Positions 28,380 to 37,678 of a DNA stretch of 47,504 nt are shown one piece after another; within the stretch, counting starts at the first letter, position 1, and every line of letters starts with the position of its first letter. The notes beneath the pieces were generated by a model. The model did no database searches and was not told where the DNA came from. It worked only from the letters and a program-made list of their open reading frames with translations. The translations under genes and the position numbers were made by a program. Origin of the DNA: Bacteroidales bacterium (lineage in GTDB: Bacteria > Bacteroidota > Bacteroidia > Bacteroidales > UBA4181); contig JAVBMZ010000073.1 in NCBI GenBank assembly GCA_031551935.1, forward strand, positions 1 to 47,504, read 5' to 3'.

Positions 28380-28422
28380 TATCGCAAGTTGAAGATGCTG
28401 ATGCATTGATAATAACTTGCCA

Positions 28423-28430
28423 TAATTTTG
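28423..28430 (+). promoter_or_regulatory. Possible internal -7 promoter box for the LTA-synthase-like gene and ftsZ
   Basis: TAATTTTG ends 11 nt before ATG 28442. Confidence 0.4.
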
Positions 28431-28441
28431 TATCCTATTGT

Positions 28442-30388
28442 ATGACCCAATCGGTAAAGAAAATATACCAGTTTTTGAAAGGTAACCTCCATGTGCAATT
28501 AATCAAGAGGATATTGGTCATTTACCTCTTGTTTACCTTGTGCCGGTTGGTGTTTTATTGGTATAATATTGATTTGTACCGTGAACGCACCTTTGGACAA
28601 TTGATGACCATATTTGTTGGAGGCTTGCGTTTTGATACAACGGCGATTTTATATACCAACATCTTGTATATTCTCATGTTTCTGATTCCTTTTAGGTTTC
28701 GGTATCATCGAATATATCAGACAGTAGGGAAATATGTATACTTCATCACGAATGGTATTGCTTTGGCTGCGAATTGCATGGATACGGTGTATTTCAGGTT
28801 TACTATGCGCCGCACAACATTCGATATTTTCAGGGAATTTTCTCATGGCGAAAATATCGGTGGTATTTTTTCAAATGCTTTCGTCGAGAACTGGTATTTA
28901 GTATTGTTCTTTATCGGCCTGATAGCGCTGATGGTATGGTGCTACGGACGACCGGTTGACAAATCATCCATCATTCTTCGAAATCCGTTTTTGTATTATC
29001 CCATTTGTTGTATAGGTTTAGCCTTAGGCATTGGAATAATGATTATCGGTTTCCGGGGAGGTGTGCGGCATAGTTTACGTCCTATCACGCTTAGCAATGC
29101 GGGGCAATATGTACAATCGGCCATTGATATCCCATTGGTGCTCAATACACCTTTTTCGTTATACAAAACCATTGAGCGTAAAGGTATTACCCCACTGTAT
29201 TATTTTGATGATGAACAGGCTATGGAACATATTTATACGCCTATCCATCAACCTGCTGATAGCGCCGTATTCAATAACATGAATGTGATGGTAATTATCC
29301 TGGAGAGTTTTGCCAAAGAGCATTGGGGATTTTTCAACAAAAATTTGGAGGATGGTACTTATAAAGGGTATACGCCATTTTTAGATTCATTGGCGGCGCA
29401 AAGCCTCACATTCGAATATTCGTATGGAAACGGAGGAAAATCCATTGATGCCATCACATCTGCATTGGTGAGTATCCCTGCTATACCTGAACCGTTTGTC
29501 CTATCGCCACATTTTGATAATACCATACAGGCGTTGCCTCATTTATTGAAGGACAAAGGTTATCAAACGGCGTTTTTCTGTGGGCATCCTAACGGAGCGA
29601 TGGGCTATATGGCATTTTGTAAAATCATTGGGATTGACCGTTATTATGGCATGTCCGAATATGGCAACAATGCCGATTATGACGGCATTTGGGGTATTTG
29701 GGACGAGGAATTTTTACAGTATACTGCCAAGGAAATATCCATGATGCAACAACCATTTTTGAACACCTTGTTTACAGTGAGTTCGCATCATCCCTTTAAA
29801 GTACCTGCCCGTTATGAGAACGTTTTTGAGGAAGGTCCGCTACCCATACATAAATGTATCCGTTATTCGGATTATGCGTTGAAACGTTTTTTTGAAACTG
29901 CGTCCCGGCAACCTTGGTATGATAACACTTTGTTTGTGTTGGTCGCTGATCATATCAATGGAGTTGTGCATGAGGAATATAAGACTGCTCCCGAAATGTA
30001 TTCCGTACCGATACTCTTCTATAGACCCGATGGGAGTTTGAAAAAATATGAACAGAACATCGCCCAGCAGATCGATATTATGCCTACCATATTGGGGTAT
30101 TTGGGTTATGATCAATCATATTTTGCTTTCGGGTTTGATGTGAACAAGACCCCTGATAGATTTGCTGTCAACTATACCAACGGATATTATCAGTTATATA
30201 CCCATCAATATGTATTGATGTTTGACGGACAGAAAACAACAGGCTTGTATCAGATACGTACCGATATGTCGGATAACCTTGCAGGAAAATTACCGGAAGT
30301 CCAGTATGATCTGGAACAGAAGATAAAAGCCTTTCTGCAACAATATACTATCCGCATGGTAGAAAATAGATTAATAGTAAAACCTTAA
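28442..30388 (+). CDS. LTA synthase/phosphoglycerol transferase family protein (5 TM + sulfatase-like domain)
   Basis: GLRFD, five TMs, ILESF, TPFLDSL, KSIDA, TVSSHHPF, YSDYAL, ADH, QIDIMPT. Confidence 0.9.
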   Translation: MTQSVKKIYQFLKGNLHVQLIKRILVIYLLFTLCRLVFYWYNIDLYRERTFGQLMTIFVGGLRFDTTAILYTNILYILMFLIPFRFRYHRIYQTVGKYVYFITNGIALAANCMDTVYFRFTMRRTTFDIFREFSHGENIGGIFSNAFVENWYLVLFFIGLIALMVWCYGRPVDKSSIILRNPFLYYPICCIGLALGIGIMIIGFRGGVRHSLRPITLSNAGQYVQSAIDIPLVLNTPFSLYKTIERKGITPLYYFDDEQAMEHIYTPIHQPADSAVFNNMNVMVIILESFAKEHWGFFNKNLEDGTYKGYTPFLDSLAAQSLTFEYSYGNGGKSIDAITSALVSIPAIPEPFVLSPHFDNTIQALPHLLKDKGYQTAFFCGHPNGAMGYMAFCKIIGIDRYYGMSEYGNNADYDGIWGIWDEEFLQYTAKEISMMQQPFLNTLFTVSSHHPFKVPARYENVFEEGPLPIHKCIRYSDYALKRFFETASRQPWYDNTLFVLVADHINGVVHEEYKTAPEMYSVPILFYRPDGSLKKYEQNIAQQIDIMPTILGYLGYDQSYFAFGFDVNKTPDRFAVNYTNGYYQLYTHQYVLMFDGQKTTGLYQIRTDMSDNLAGKLPEVQYDLEQKIKAFLQQYTIRMVENRLIVKP

Positions 30389-30400
30389 AAACAAATAGCT

Positions 30401-31807
30401 ATGGTAATAGACGATTTATCCATCGAATGGCCGGAAAACAAATCATCCATCATTAAAGTGGTCGGTGTGGGCGGCGGCGGCGGAAACGCTGTGACCTATA
30501 TGTACCAACAAGGTATCCATAATGTGAATTTTGTGATATGCAACACTGATGCACAAGCATTGGAGAAAAGTCCGGTTCCTGTGAAAATCCAGTTGGGAAA
30601 AAGCAAAACCGAAGGATTAGGCGCAGGCAATAAACCTGAAGTAGGTCGCGAAGCTGCTTTGGATTCCCTTGATGAGATTCGCGATGTATTGAATACTGGC
30701 ACCAAAATGGTGTTTGTTACGGCCGGAATGGGCGGTGGCACTGGTACAGGTGCTGCGCCGGTCATTGCAAAAATCGCCAAAGAGTTGGGGATATTGACGG
30801 TGGCCATCGTAACGATCCCATTTCGCTTTGAGGGCTCTCAGCGGTTTAGGCAAGCGATTGAAGGGATTAATGAGTTGAAAGATCACGTAGATTCATTGTT
30901 GATCATCAATAATGAGAAATTACGCGAAATGTATGGTAATTTGAAGATCCGCGAAGCTTTTTCGAAAGCCGATAATGTATTGACGATGGCTGCTAAGGGT
31001 ATTGCTGAATTAATAACCCTTCCCGGAGATGTAAATGTGGATTTTGCTGACGTGAGCACCATTATGAGTAATGGAGGCATTACTGTCATGGGCTCTGCGA
31101 CTTCTACAGGAGCCAATCGTGCTCGGGAAGCTGTTGAAGCGGCTTTGAATTCACCTTTGCTGAATAATAATGATATCACCGGTGCACGGCGTATCTTGCT
31201 GAACATTACATCGGGAATAGGCGAAAATGAAGTGACTATGGACGAGTTGATTGAAATCACAGACTATGTCACTCGTTCTGCCAAAAATGCGTCCATGATT
31301 TGGGGTACCGGTAATGACGAAGCGCTTGGTGATGCCGTATGTGTTACTATTGTGGCTACCGATTTCCCGACCAATTGTTTTCCTGAATTAGAGATTATCT
31401 ACAAACCGGAAAAAGAAAGAATACCATTGCCTGTTGATGATCTTCCCGGAAAAACGACACTTAAAACTTCGGTCGGTTCTTCAGGAGATGCATCGGCCAC
31501 ATCCACTGTTTTCGAAGTGCGGGAGAAATCGACGATGTCTTCACAGGGCAAAATAGAATGGGGAGTACCAACAGAAACTGCTACCGAAATGGTAGAGCGC
31601 CCAAGGTCTATACCTTCTATTGTCGATGAAAATGCCAATATAGAGGAATTAGAGAATACGCCGGCCTATATCCGGAAGAAGATCAAAATAGACAATCAAG
31701 CAGCCGGAACTGAAAATGAGGTTTCAAAATATACGCTTAGTGCAGACAAAGACAATGTGGTGCGGTTGAGAGATAATAATTCATACTTGTATGATGTAGT
31801 AGACTAA
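30401..31807 (+). CDS. ftsZ: Cell division GTPase FtsZ
   Basis: GVGGGGGNA, NTDAQAL, GMGGGTGTG, NVDFAD; Bacteroidota-type tail NNSYLYDVVD. Confidence 0.98.
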   Translation: MVIDDLSIEWPENKSSIIKVVGVGGGGGNAVTYMYQQGIHNVNFVICNTDAQALEKSPVPVKIQLGKSKTEGLGAGNKPEVGREAALDSLDEIRDVLNTGTKMVFVTAGMGGGTGTGAAPVIAKIAKELGILTVAIVTIPFRFEGSQRFRQAIEGINELKDHVDSLLIINNEKLREMYGNLKIREAFSKADNVLTMAAKGIAELITLPGDVNVDFADVSTIMSNGGITVMGSATSTGANRAREAVEAALNSPLLNNNDITGARRILLNITSGIGENEVTMDELIEITDYVTRSAKNASMIWGTGNDEALGDAVCVTIVATDFPTNCFPELEIIYKPEKERIPLPVDDLPGKTTLKTSVGSSGDASATSTVFEVREKSTMSSQGKIEWGVPTETATEMVERPRSIPSIVDENANIEELENTPAYIRKKIKIDNQAAGTENEVSKYTLSADKDNVVRLRDNNSYLYDVVD

Positions 31808-31820
31808 AAATATTAATGTT

Positions 31821-32417
31821 ATGTTTTCAGGAATTGTTGAAGAAGCAGCAAAGGTGGTTGCGCTTGAAAAAGAGCAGGATAACCTGCACATTACGATGGA
31901 ATGTTCGTTCGTCAATGAGCTTAAGATAGATCAAAGTGTTTCACACAATGGCGTATGTCTTACGGTAGTGAAAAAAACCGATAAAACCTATACAGTCACA
32001 GCCATCAAGGAAACGCTTATTAAATCGAATCTTGGCTTGTTACACGTGGGAGATAAAGTGAATGTCGAACGTAGTATGCTGCTCAATGATCGTCTTGACG
32101 GTCATATGGTGCAAGGGCACGTTGACCAGACAGCTGAATGTGTGTCGGTGGAAGAGGCCAATGGAAGCTGGTATTTTACTTTTCGTTATGATCCGTCAAA
32201 AGGTAATCTTACCGTTGAAAAAGGTTCTATTGCAGTCAATGGAGTGAGCTTGACAGTGGTTAATTCGCAAAAGGATTCTTTTCAAGTAGCCATTATTCCT
32301 TATACATACGAAATAACCAATTTCCATCAAATTAAACGTGGTACGATAGTTAATCTTGAGTTTGATATTATAGGAAAATATGTTGCCCGCATGCTACAAG
32401 CATTAAACGTTAAATAA
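31821..32417 (+). CDS. ribE: Riboflavin synthase (alpha chain)
   Basis: MFSGIVEE, NGVCLTV, GHMVQGHVD, KGSIAVNGVSLTV, VNLEFD. Confidence 0.95.
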   Translation: MFSGIVEEAAKVVALEKEQDNLHITMECSFVNELKIDQSVSHNGVCLTVVKKTDKTYTVTAIKETLIKSNLGLLHVGDKVNVERSMLLNDRLDGHMVQGHVDQTAECVSVEEANGSWYFTFRYDPSKGNLTVEKGSIAVNGVSLTVVNSQKDSFQVAIIPYTYEITNFHQIKRGTIVNLEFDIIGKYVARMLQALNVK

Positions 32418-32465
32418 CGTTGGCAGGGGTGGAGGTGCGCATTTTGTATATTAAGAATCACGAGT

Positions 32466-33149
32466 CTACATCCCAAATCGGTAACCAATGCCCGACTCGG
32501 TAATCAGTAAGGTCGGTTTGGAAGGATTATCTTCAATTTTCTTTCTTAATTGAGCTACATACACTCGTAAATATTGGCTTTGTTCCAGATAACCGTTTCC
32601 CCATATTTCTTTAAGAATGTATTGATGTGTGAGCACGCGTCCTTGATTTTGAGCAAACATAGCAAGCATAGAAAATTCGGTAGAAGTGAGTTTGAGAATT
32701 TTATCGTTTTTCTTAGCAGTATGGTTGATGATGTCGATGCTGAGATCGCCTATCTCAATCATGGAAGAATTTTCTTTTATCCGGTTTTGACGAATAGCTG
32801 TACGTATGCGCGCCATTAATTCGCCAGCACGGAAAGGTTTTGTCAGATAATCGTTAGCGCCATCATCCAATGCATGGACAATGTCTTCTTCTGTGTTACG
32901 CGCAGATAGTATTACTATTGGGTTGAAATACCACTCTCTTAGGTGTTTCAATACATCCATCCCATCCATATCAGGTAGACCTAAATCGAGAATAATCAAA
33001 TCGGGACTGTGTTCAGCAGTCGTGATTAGCGTTTCTTTTCCGGTAGATGATTCAATGATCTTATATCCATTTGCTCCCAGAGCAATGGTTAACAGATGCC
33101 GGATAGGCGCTTCGTCATCTGCGATTAATATTAGAGCATCATCGTTCAT
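32466..33149 (-). CDS. kdpE: KdpE-like OmpR-family response regulator
   Basis: LDLGLPDMDG, ALDDGANDYLTKPF, VLTHQYILKEIWG, YLRVYVAQLRKKIE, TESGIGYR. Confidence 0.8.
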   Translation of the reverse strand: MNDDALILIADDEAPIRHLLTIALGANGYKIIESSTGKETLITTAEHSPDLIILDLGLPDMDGMDVLKHLREWYFNPIVILSARNTEEDIVHALDDGANDYLTKPFRAGELMARIRTAIRQNRIKENSSMIEIGDLSIDIINHTAKKNDKILKLTSTEFSMLAMFAQNQGRVLTHQYILKEIWGNGYLEQSQYLRVYVAQLRKKIEDNPSKPTLLITESGIGYRFGM

Positions 33150-33237
33150 TTACGGTTCCCGTTTTAATGTTCTGTGAAAAAGGTGTTGGTAAAAATGGAT
33201 GCCTTTTTTGGGTCGAGCTAATTTTTAGTCGAAATGT

Positions 33238-33272
33238 CTTGTGTATTCGACGAATTCTGCCGAATACACAAG
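33238..33272. other. 12-bp perfect inverted repeat between the ECF gene and kdpE
   Basis: CTTGTGTATTCG-N11-CGAATACACAAG; no U-tract. Confidence 0.6.
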
Positions 33273-33411
33273 CTGCACCATCAAGTTTTTATCCATTCTA
33301 AACGGAAACTTGTTTTTGGCAGGATATACAACAAGGCATCGCATTACCTTTTTATTAGATTCATATCAAATTTTACCGACAATACGGATTTGAAACCATC
33401 AAAACACCGTT

Positions 33412-33915
33412 TTAATGATAGTCTTGCAAGGAACTGGCTAATTTTTTACGTGTGAAAAAAATCCTACTTTTCACGGTCCCAATTTTCAATCCTAACGTAT
33501 CGGCTATTTCTTTATATTTATAACCTTGCGTATGCATCCTAAAGGGGACTTTCAATCCACCATCTAAACTATCGATAAACTTGTTAATTTCCTTTTCCTG
33601 AAGGACAACATCAGGTTCAATATTGGATGCACCCGTTTGCTGACTGAGGAAAAACGAATCTTTGGTGTCGTCGTTAAAAGTATTCCTTCGCATATTCTTA
33701 CGATAATTATTGATAAATGTGTTTTTCATGATCGTTGAAGTCCATGCTTTCAAGTTGGTAGAGTCTTCAAACTGTTCATGATACGTGAGTGCTCTCAAAA
33801 AAGTGTCTTGCAGCAAATCTTTGGCATCTTCTTTATTGGCTGTCAATTTTAATGCGAAACGAGTTAAAATTTTTTCAAGCCCTACTAATTGATAATTAAA
33901 TTCCAAGGCAGTCAT
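33412..33915 (-). CDS. ECF sigma-70 factor
   Basis: DAKDLLQDTF, LKAW..TIMKNTFIN, YKEIADTLGLKIGTVKSRI. Confidence 0.93.
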   Translation of the reverse strand: MTALEFNYQLVGLEKILTRFALKLTANKEDAKDLLQDTFLRALTYHEQFEDSTNLKAWTSTIMKNTFINNYRKNMRRNTFNDDTKDSFFLSQQTGASNIEPDVVLQEKEINKFIDSLDGGLKVPFRMHTQGYKYKEIADTLGLKIGTVKSRIFFTRKKLASSLQDYH

Positions 33916-33993
33916 AACTAATCAATTTTAAAATTATTTAACTAATTATTCAAGTAATAACACAATTGTGTGTTGGCCGTTACTTATCTGCTA

Positions 33994-34001
33994 CAAAAAT
34001 A
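33994..34001 (-). promoter_or_regulatory. Bacteroidota -7 promoter box for the ECF gene
   Basis: Minus strand TATTTTTG. Confidence 0.45.
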
Positions 34002-34357
34002 TATGGAGAATTGTATAGATTTTATAAAAAAAGTTATTACGTGTATAAATATTTTATAAAAATAATTTTTACTTTATAGTTCTATTGAAATAGTTTTAAT
34101 GCGAACAAAGCATTTATTGATATTGTAATCCATTTTTTGTGAATATATATGTTATTCCCAAAAGTTTCATTGAAAGATACATATGTATTGTGTGTTCTGT
34201 ATGAACGGCTAATTTTCGATACTCCTTTATGCTTTACCATATTTTGATAAGTTTTAGATTGCATGACTGCTCTATGTAATAAAATATTCATTTTTACATC
34301 TACAATATTTTATGTGTTACCAGATTAGTCAGCATTTCATTATATGATTAAATATCA

Positions 34358-35791
34358 ATGAATCATCTGCTGGCTAAACAATCATGGAGTGCCTTACGTT
34401 TTAGAAATATGTCTAGAGAAAAGTCACATGGAGTATTGTTATGGTTGGTTGCCATTGGTTTTTTCATGCAAACGTTGGATACCACCATTGTCAATACTGC
34501 TATACCCAGTATGGCTAAAAGTTTAGGTGAAAGTCCTTTGCAAATGCAATCAGTGGTCGTTTCATATGCGTTGATGATGGCCATATTGACGCCGGCTAGT
34601 GGTTGGTTGGCCGACAGGTTCGGCACCCGGAAAATTTATCTGTTATCTATATTTCTTTTCACATTGGGTTCTCTTTTTTGTGCTGCCTCTCATAACCTGA
34701 CACAATTGATCATTTCTCGCATTATCCAAGGAATGGGAGGAGCTATGCTACAACCTGTGGGTCGTTTGGCTGTCCTGAAAGCCTTCCCTCATGAGAAATT
34801 TCTGAAAGCAATGAGTTTTGTTACCGTTCCGGGATTGGTTGGGCCTTTGTTAGGTCCCACTTTGGGAGGTTGGTTGTCACAATCATTTTCATGGCATTGG
34901 ATTTTTCTGATCAATATACCGGTGGGAACAGTCGGGTTTATTTTGTCGGCCATTTATATGGATGATTTTCGGCCTCCGAAACTGAAGCATTTTGACATCA
35001 GTGGCTTTTTGATGATTGCTTTCGGTATGGTTGCCGTATCATACGCATTGGACGGCGTAGTTGAACTTGGAATGCGGCAAGCTACGGCTATGCTGCTTAT
35101 CATCATTGGATTAGTATTTATTGCGTGTTATTGGCTACATGCATCACATAAAAAAGATGCTCTTTTCCCCTTAAACTTATTCAATGTCATCACCTATCGG
35201 GTGGGTATTTTGGGTAATTTTTTCTCAAGAATAGGTATCAGTGGAAGTCCATTCTTGTTGCCGCTGTTTTTTCAGGTCGGCCTGGGTTATTCCCCGATAA
35301 AATCAGGGTTGATGTTGTTACCTGCTGCTATTTCAGGGATATTGGTGAAGAGAGTGGGTGTTAATTTGATTCATCAAATCGGTTATCGTAATACTTTGAT
35401 GTGGAATACGATTATCATAGGAATCGTTTTGGTTAGTTTTAGCTTCTTGTCTGGATCCGAACCACTATGGCTTATCCTTCTACAACTGTTCATTATGGGA
35501 GGAGCCAATTCATTACAGTTTACCGCTATGAATACGCTTACTTTGAAAGATGTGGAAGATGCTCAGGCAAGTAGCAGCAACAGTTTGTTATCTATGGTGA
35601 CCATCTTTACCATGAGTTTGGGTGTTGCTGTTGCAGCGGCGCTATTAGCACTTTTTCGCAATGTTTCGAGCATACAACATGATGTCCACCCTCTGTTTGC
35701 TTTTCATGCATCATTCATTTGTATTGGGGTGATTTCTGCCATTACAGCTTTCATATTTGCCCAATTGCCCAAAGAAAAACCAAAGAAATGA
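34358..35791 (+). CDS. mdtD: DHA2-family MFS efflux transporter, MdtD-like
   Basis: LWLVAIGFFMQTLDTTIVNTAIPSMAKSLGESPL, SGWLADRFG, WIFLINIPVG; start may be 34409. Confidence 0.8.
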   Translation: MNHLLAKQSWSALRFRNMSREKSHGVLLWLVAIGFFMQTLDTTIVNTAIPSMAKSLGESPLQMQSVVVSYALMMAILTPASGWLADRFGTRKIYLLSIFLFTLGSLFCAASHNLTQLIISRIIQGMGGAMLQPVGRLAVLKAFPHEKFLKAMSFVTVPGLVGPLLGPTLGGWLSQSFSWHWIFLINIPVGTVGFILSAIYMDDFRPPKLKHFDISGFLMIAFGMVAVSYALDGVVELGMRQATAMLLIIIGLVFIACYWLHASHKKDALFPLNLFNVITYRVGILGNFFSRIGISGSPFLLPLFFQVGLGYSPIKSGLMLLPAAISGILVKRVGVNLIHQIGYRNTLMWNTIIIGIVLVSFSFLSGSEPLWLILLQLFIMGGANSLQFTAMNTLTLKDVEDAQASSSNSLLSMVTIFTMSLGVAVAAALLALFRNVSSIQHDVHPLFAFHASFICIGVISAITAFIFAQLPKEKPKK

Positions 35792-36215
35792 TTGGGTGCC
35801 CCAATAAATCAAGGGGTATTCGAAGACAACAAATGTTAATTTGGCTATTCCACATTACTCATGCTTTTTTTGGTATCTCTTCCCATTGTGATCATCCGGA
35901 TGTTATTTCTATTGGATGAAAGATATGATGGTTGCGTGTTTGCGATGATCATCAATCGCCATATACCTGTGTCAAACAAAAACAATGGCGAAAGCGGAGC
36001 AATGTATCAATTCTGTTCAGATCTTCATTTGGAAAATAAAAAACAGTATCTTTGTTATCAAACAGCTGATTAAAACATACAAAACAAGAGAAAACACAGC
36101 TAATGTTGATTTATTGGTGATACTTTTGTTTATAATTCGCTGGTATGCAGCATGAGATAAGTTAACGTAATTATTTTTTGCAAAGTTAGTTCATCATTTA
36201 TTATCGATTGTATAC

Positions 36216-37253
36216 ATGTACCTTGGATTTGTCGTTCGTATCGCCGTTTGTATCGCATTATTCAGCAGTCTGCTGATGGTAGCTTTAGTTTGGTCATTAA
36301 CCTATTGGGAACCATCTGGTACGTGGGTAAAAATAGGGGCGATTGTGTTGTATCTTGTACTTGTGGTGGCCATTGTTATCGTATTTCTCAGACGGTTCAT
36401 GTTGCAGCAATTTCATTCACTATATCATCTGCTGAATAGTGGACGTCTTTCCGAGAAAGAGTTATCTATGTTGTCTGGTAAACAGGATATTCTGTCGAAT
36501 ATCAAAAAAGATTTGATGGAATGGAACCAGAATAAAGCTTCGGAAATCGATCAACTAAAACAAATGGAGAAATACCGCAGGGAATTTCTGGGAAATGTAT
36601 CTCATGAACTCAAAACGCCTATTTTTAACATTCAAGGATATATTCTCACCTTGCTGGATGGTGGTTTGGAGGATAAATCGGTTAACCGGCTCTATTTGGA
36701 ACGTAGTGAAAAAAGCATCAATAGGATGATCCACATTGTTGAAGATTTGGAATCCATTGCTCGGTTGGAATCTGGCGAACTTCAGCTGGAGTATGAATCG
36801 TTTGATCTATGGCAATTGGTGGAAGAAGTATTCGAAATGGAAGAAATGGTGGCTAAAGAAGCTAGAATAGAATTGGAAGTTGAACAGAGACCGGTACGGG
36901 TTTATGCGGATAGAAAGCGCATTGTAGAGGTGATGGACAATCTGATGGTAAATTCGATTAAGTATGGACGTAAAAATGGGATAACGCATGTCTCGTTTCT
37001 TGAAAGAGACCATTTAGTATGGATTTCTGTGACCGATAATGGAATTGGCATTGCCGAGAAAGATCGCAAACGCATTTTTGAGCGATTTTACCGTTGTGAT
37101 AAGGGTCGTTCGCGGGAGCAAGGCGGTACAGGTTTAGGACTAGCCATTGTAAAGCATATTGTAGAGGCGCATGGGCAGACAATTTCGGTGTCTTCTGTGT
37201 TGGGTGAAGGCACCACTTTTACATTCTCATTGGCCAGATCGAAGCCGTTATAA
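36216..37253 (+). CDS. PhoR-like sensor histidine kinase
   Basis: Two TMs; VSHELKTP, NSIKY, DNGIGI, IFERFYR, GGTGLGLAI. Confidence 0.9.
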   Translation: MYLGFVVRIAVCIALFSSLLMVALVWSLTYWEPSGTWVKIGAIVLYLVLVVAIVIVFLRRFMLQQFHSLYHLLNSGRLSEKELSMLSGKQDILSNIKKDLMEWNQNKASEIDQLKQMEKYRREFLGNVSHELKTPIFNIQGYILTLLDGGLEDKSVNRLYLERSEKSINRMIHIVEDLESIARLESGELQLEYESFDLWQLVEEVFEMEEMVAKEARIELEVEQRPVRVYADRKRIVEVMDNLMVNSIKYGRKNGITHVSFLERDHLVWISVTDNGIGIAEKDRKRIFERFYRCDKGRSREQGGTGLGLAIVKHIVEAHGQTISVSSVLGEGTTFTFSLARSKPL

Positions 37254-37318
37254 AACGCTATCAAGTCTATTAATGATGTTGAAAAGTGATGGTAACATTT
37301 AGATAAATCCAAAATGAA

Positions 37319-37423
37319 AAATAGCTAAATTCCGCTATAAAATAGCTAAAAACAACAATATAGTAGCAATATTTCGCTATTATATAGCTAAAAATCGCTA
37401 TAAAATTGTCAACAATAGCTATT
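37319..37423. repeat. Five degenerate 21-bp tandem repeats
   Basis: AAATAGCTAAATTCCGCTATA / AAATAGCTAAAAACAACAATA / TAGTAGCAATATTTCGCTATT / ATATAGCTAAAAATCGCTATA / AAATTGTCAACAATAGCTATT. Confidence 0.75.
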
Positions 37424-37637
37424 TTTTCACCATACGGAATGGTGTAGTGTAGTAAAATTCTTATCTTCAAAAAAATATTTGAATTAAAAATAATGATCAA
37501 TTGCTTCTCTTTTCTTGCCGTAGATGAAGTAACATGGTATCAACGCTGCTAACCGGATGATAATCTGGGAGAAAATAAAATTTGATGCGGTTGCCCCGAT
37601 CACCTCGTGATAAAGTTGTTTTTTGATAAAAAGCGTG

Positions 37638-37645
37638 TAAATTTG
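37638..37645 (+). promoter_or_regulatory. Bacteroidota -7 promoter box
   Basis: TAAATTTG(C), with GTTG ending 19 nt upstream. Confidence 0.55.
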
Positions 37646-37678
37646 CGTGTTTAGATATATCGTAGACCATCATAACGG

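Noticed and set aside
35719-36073. Small ORFs between the MFS and kinase genes
   Set aside because: Short, overlapping and without recognisable features
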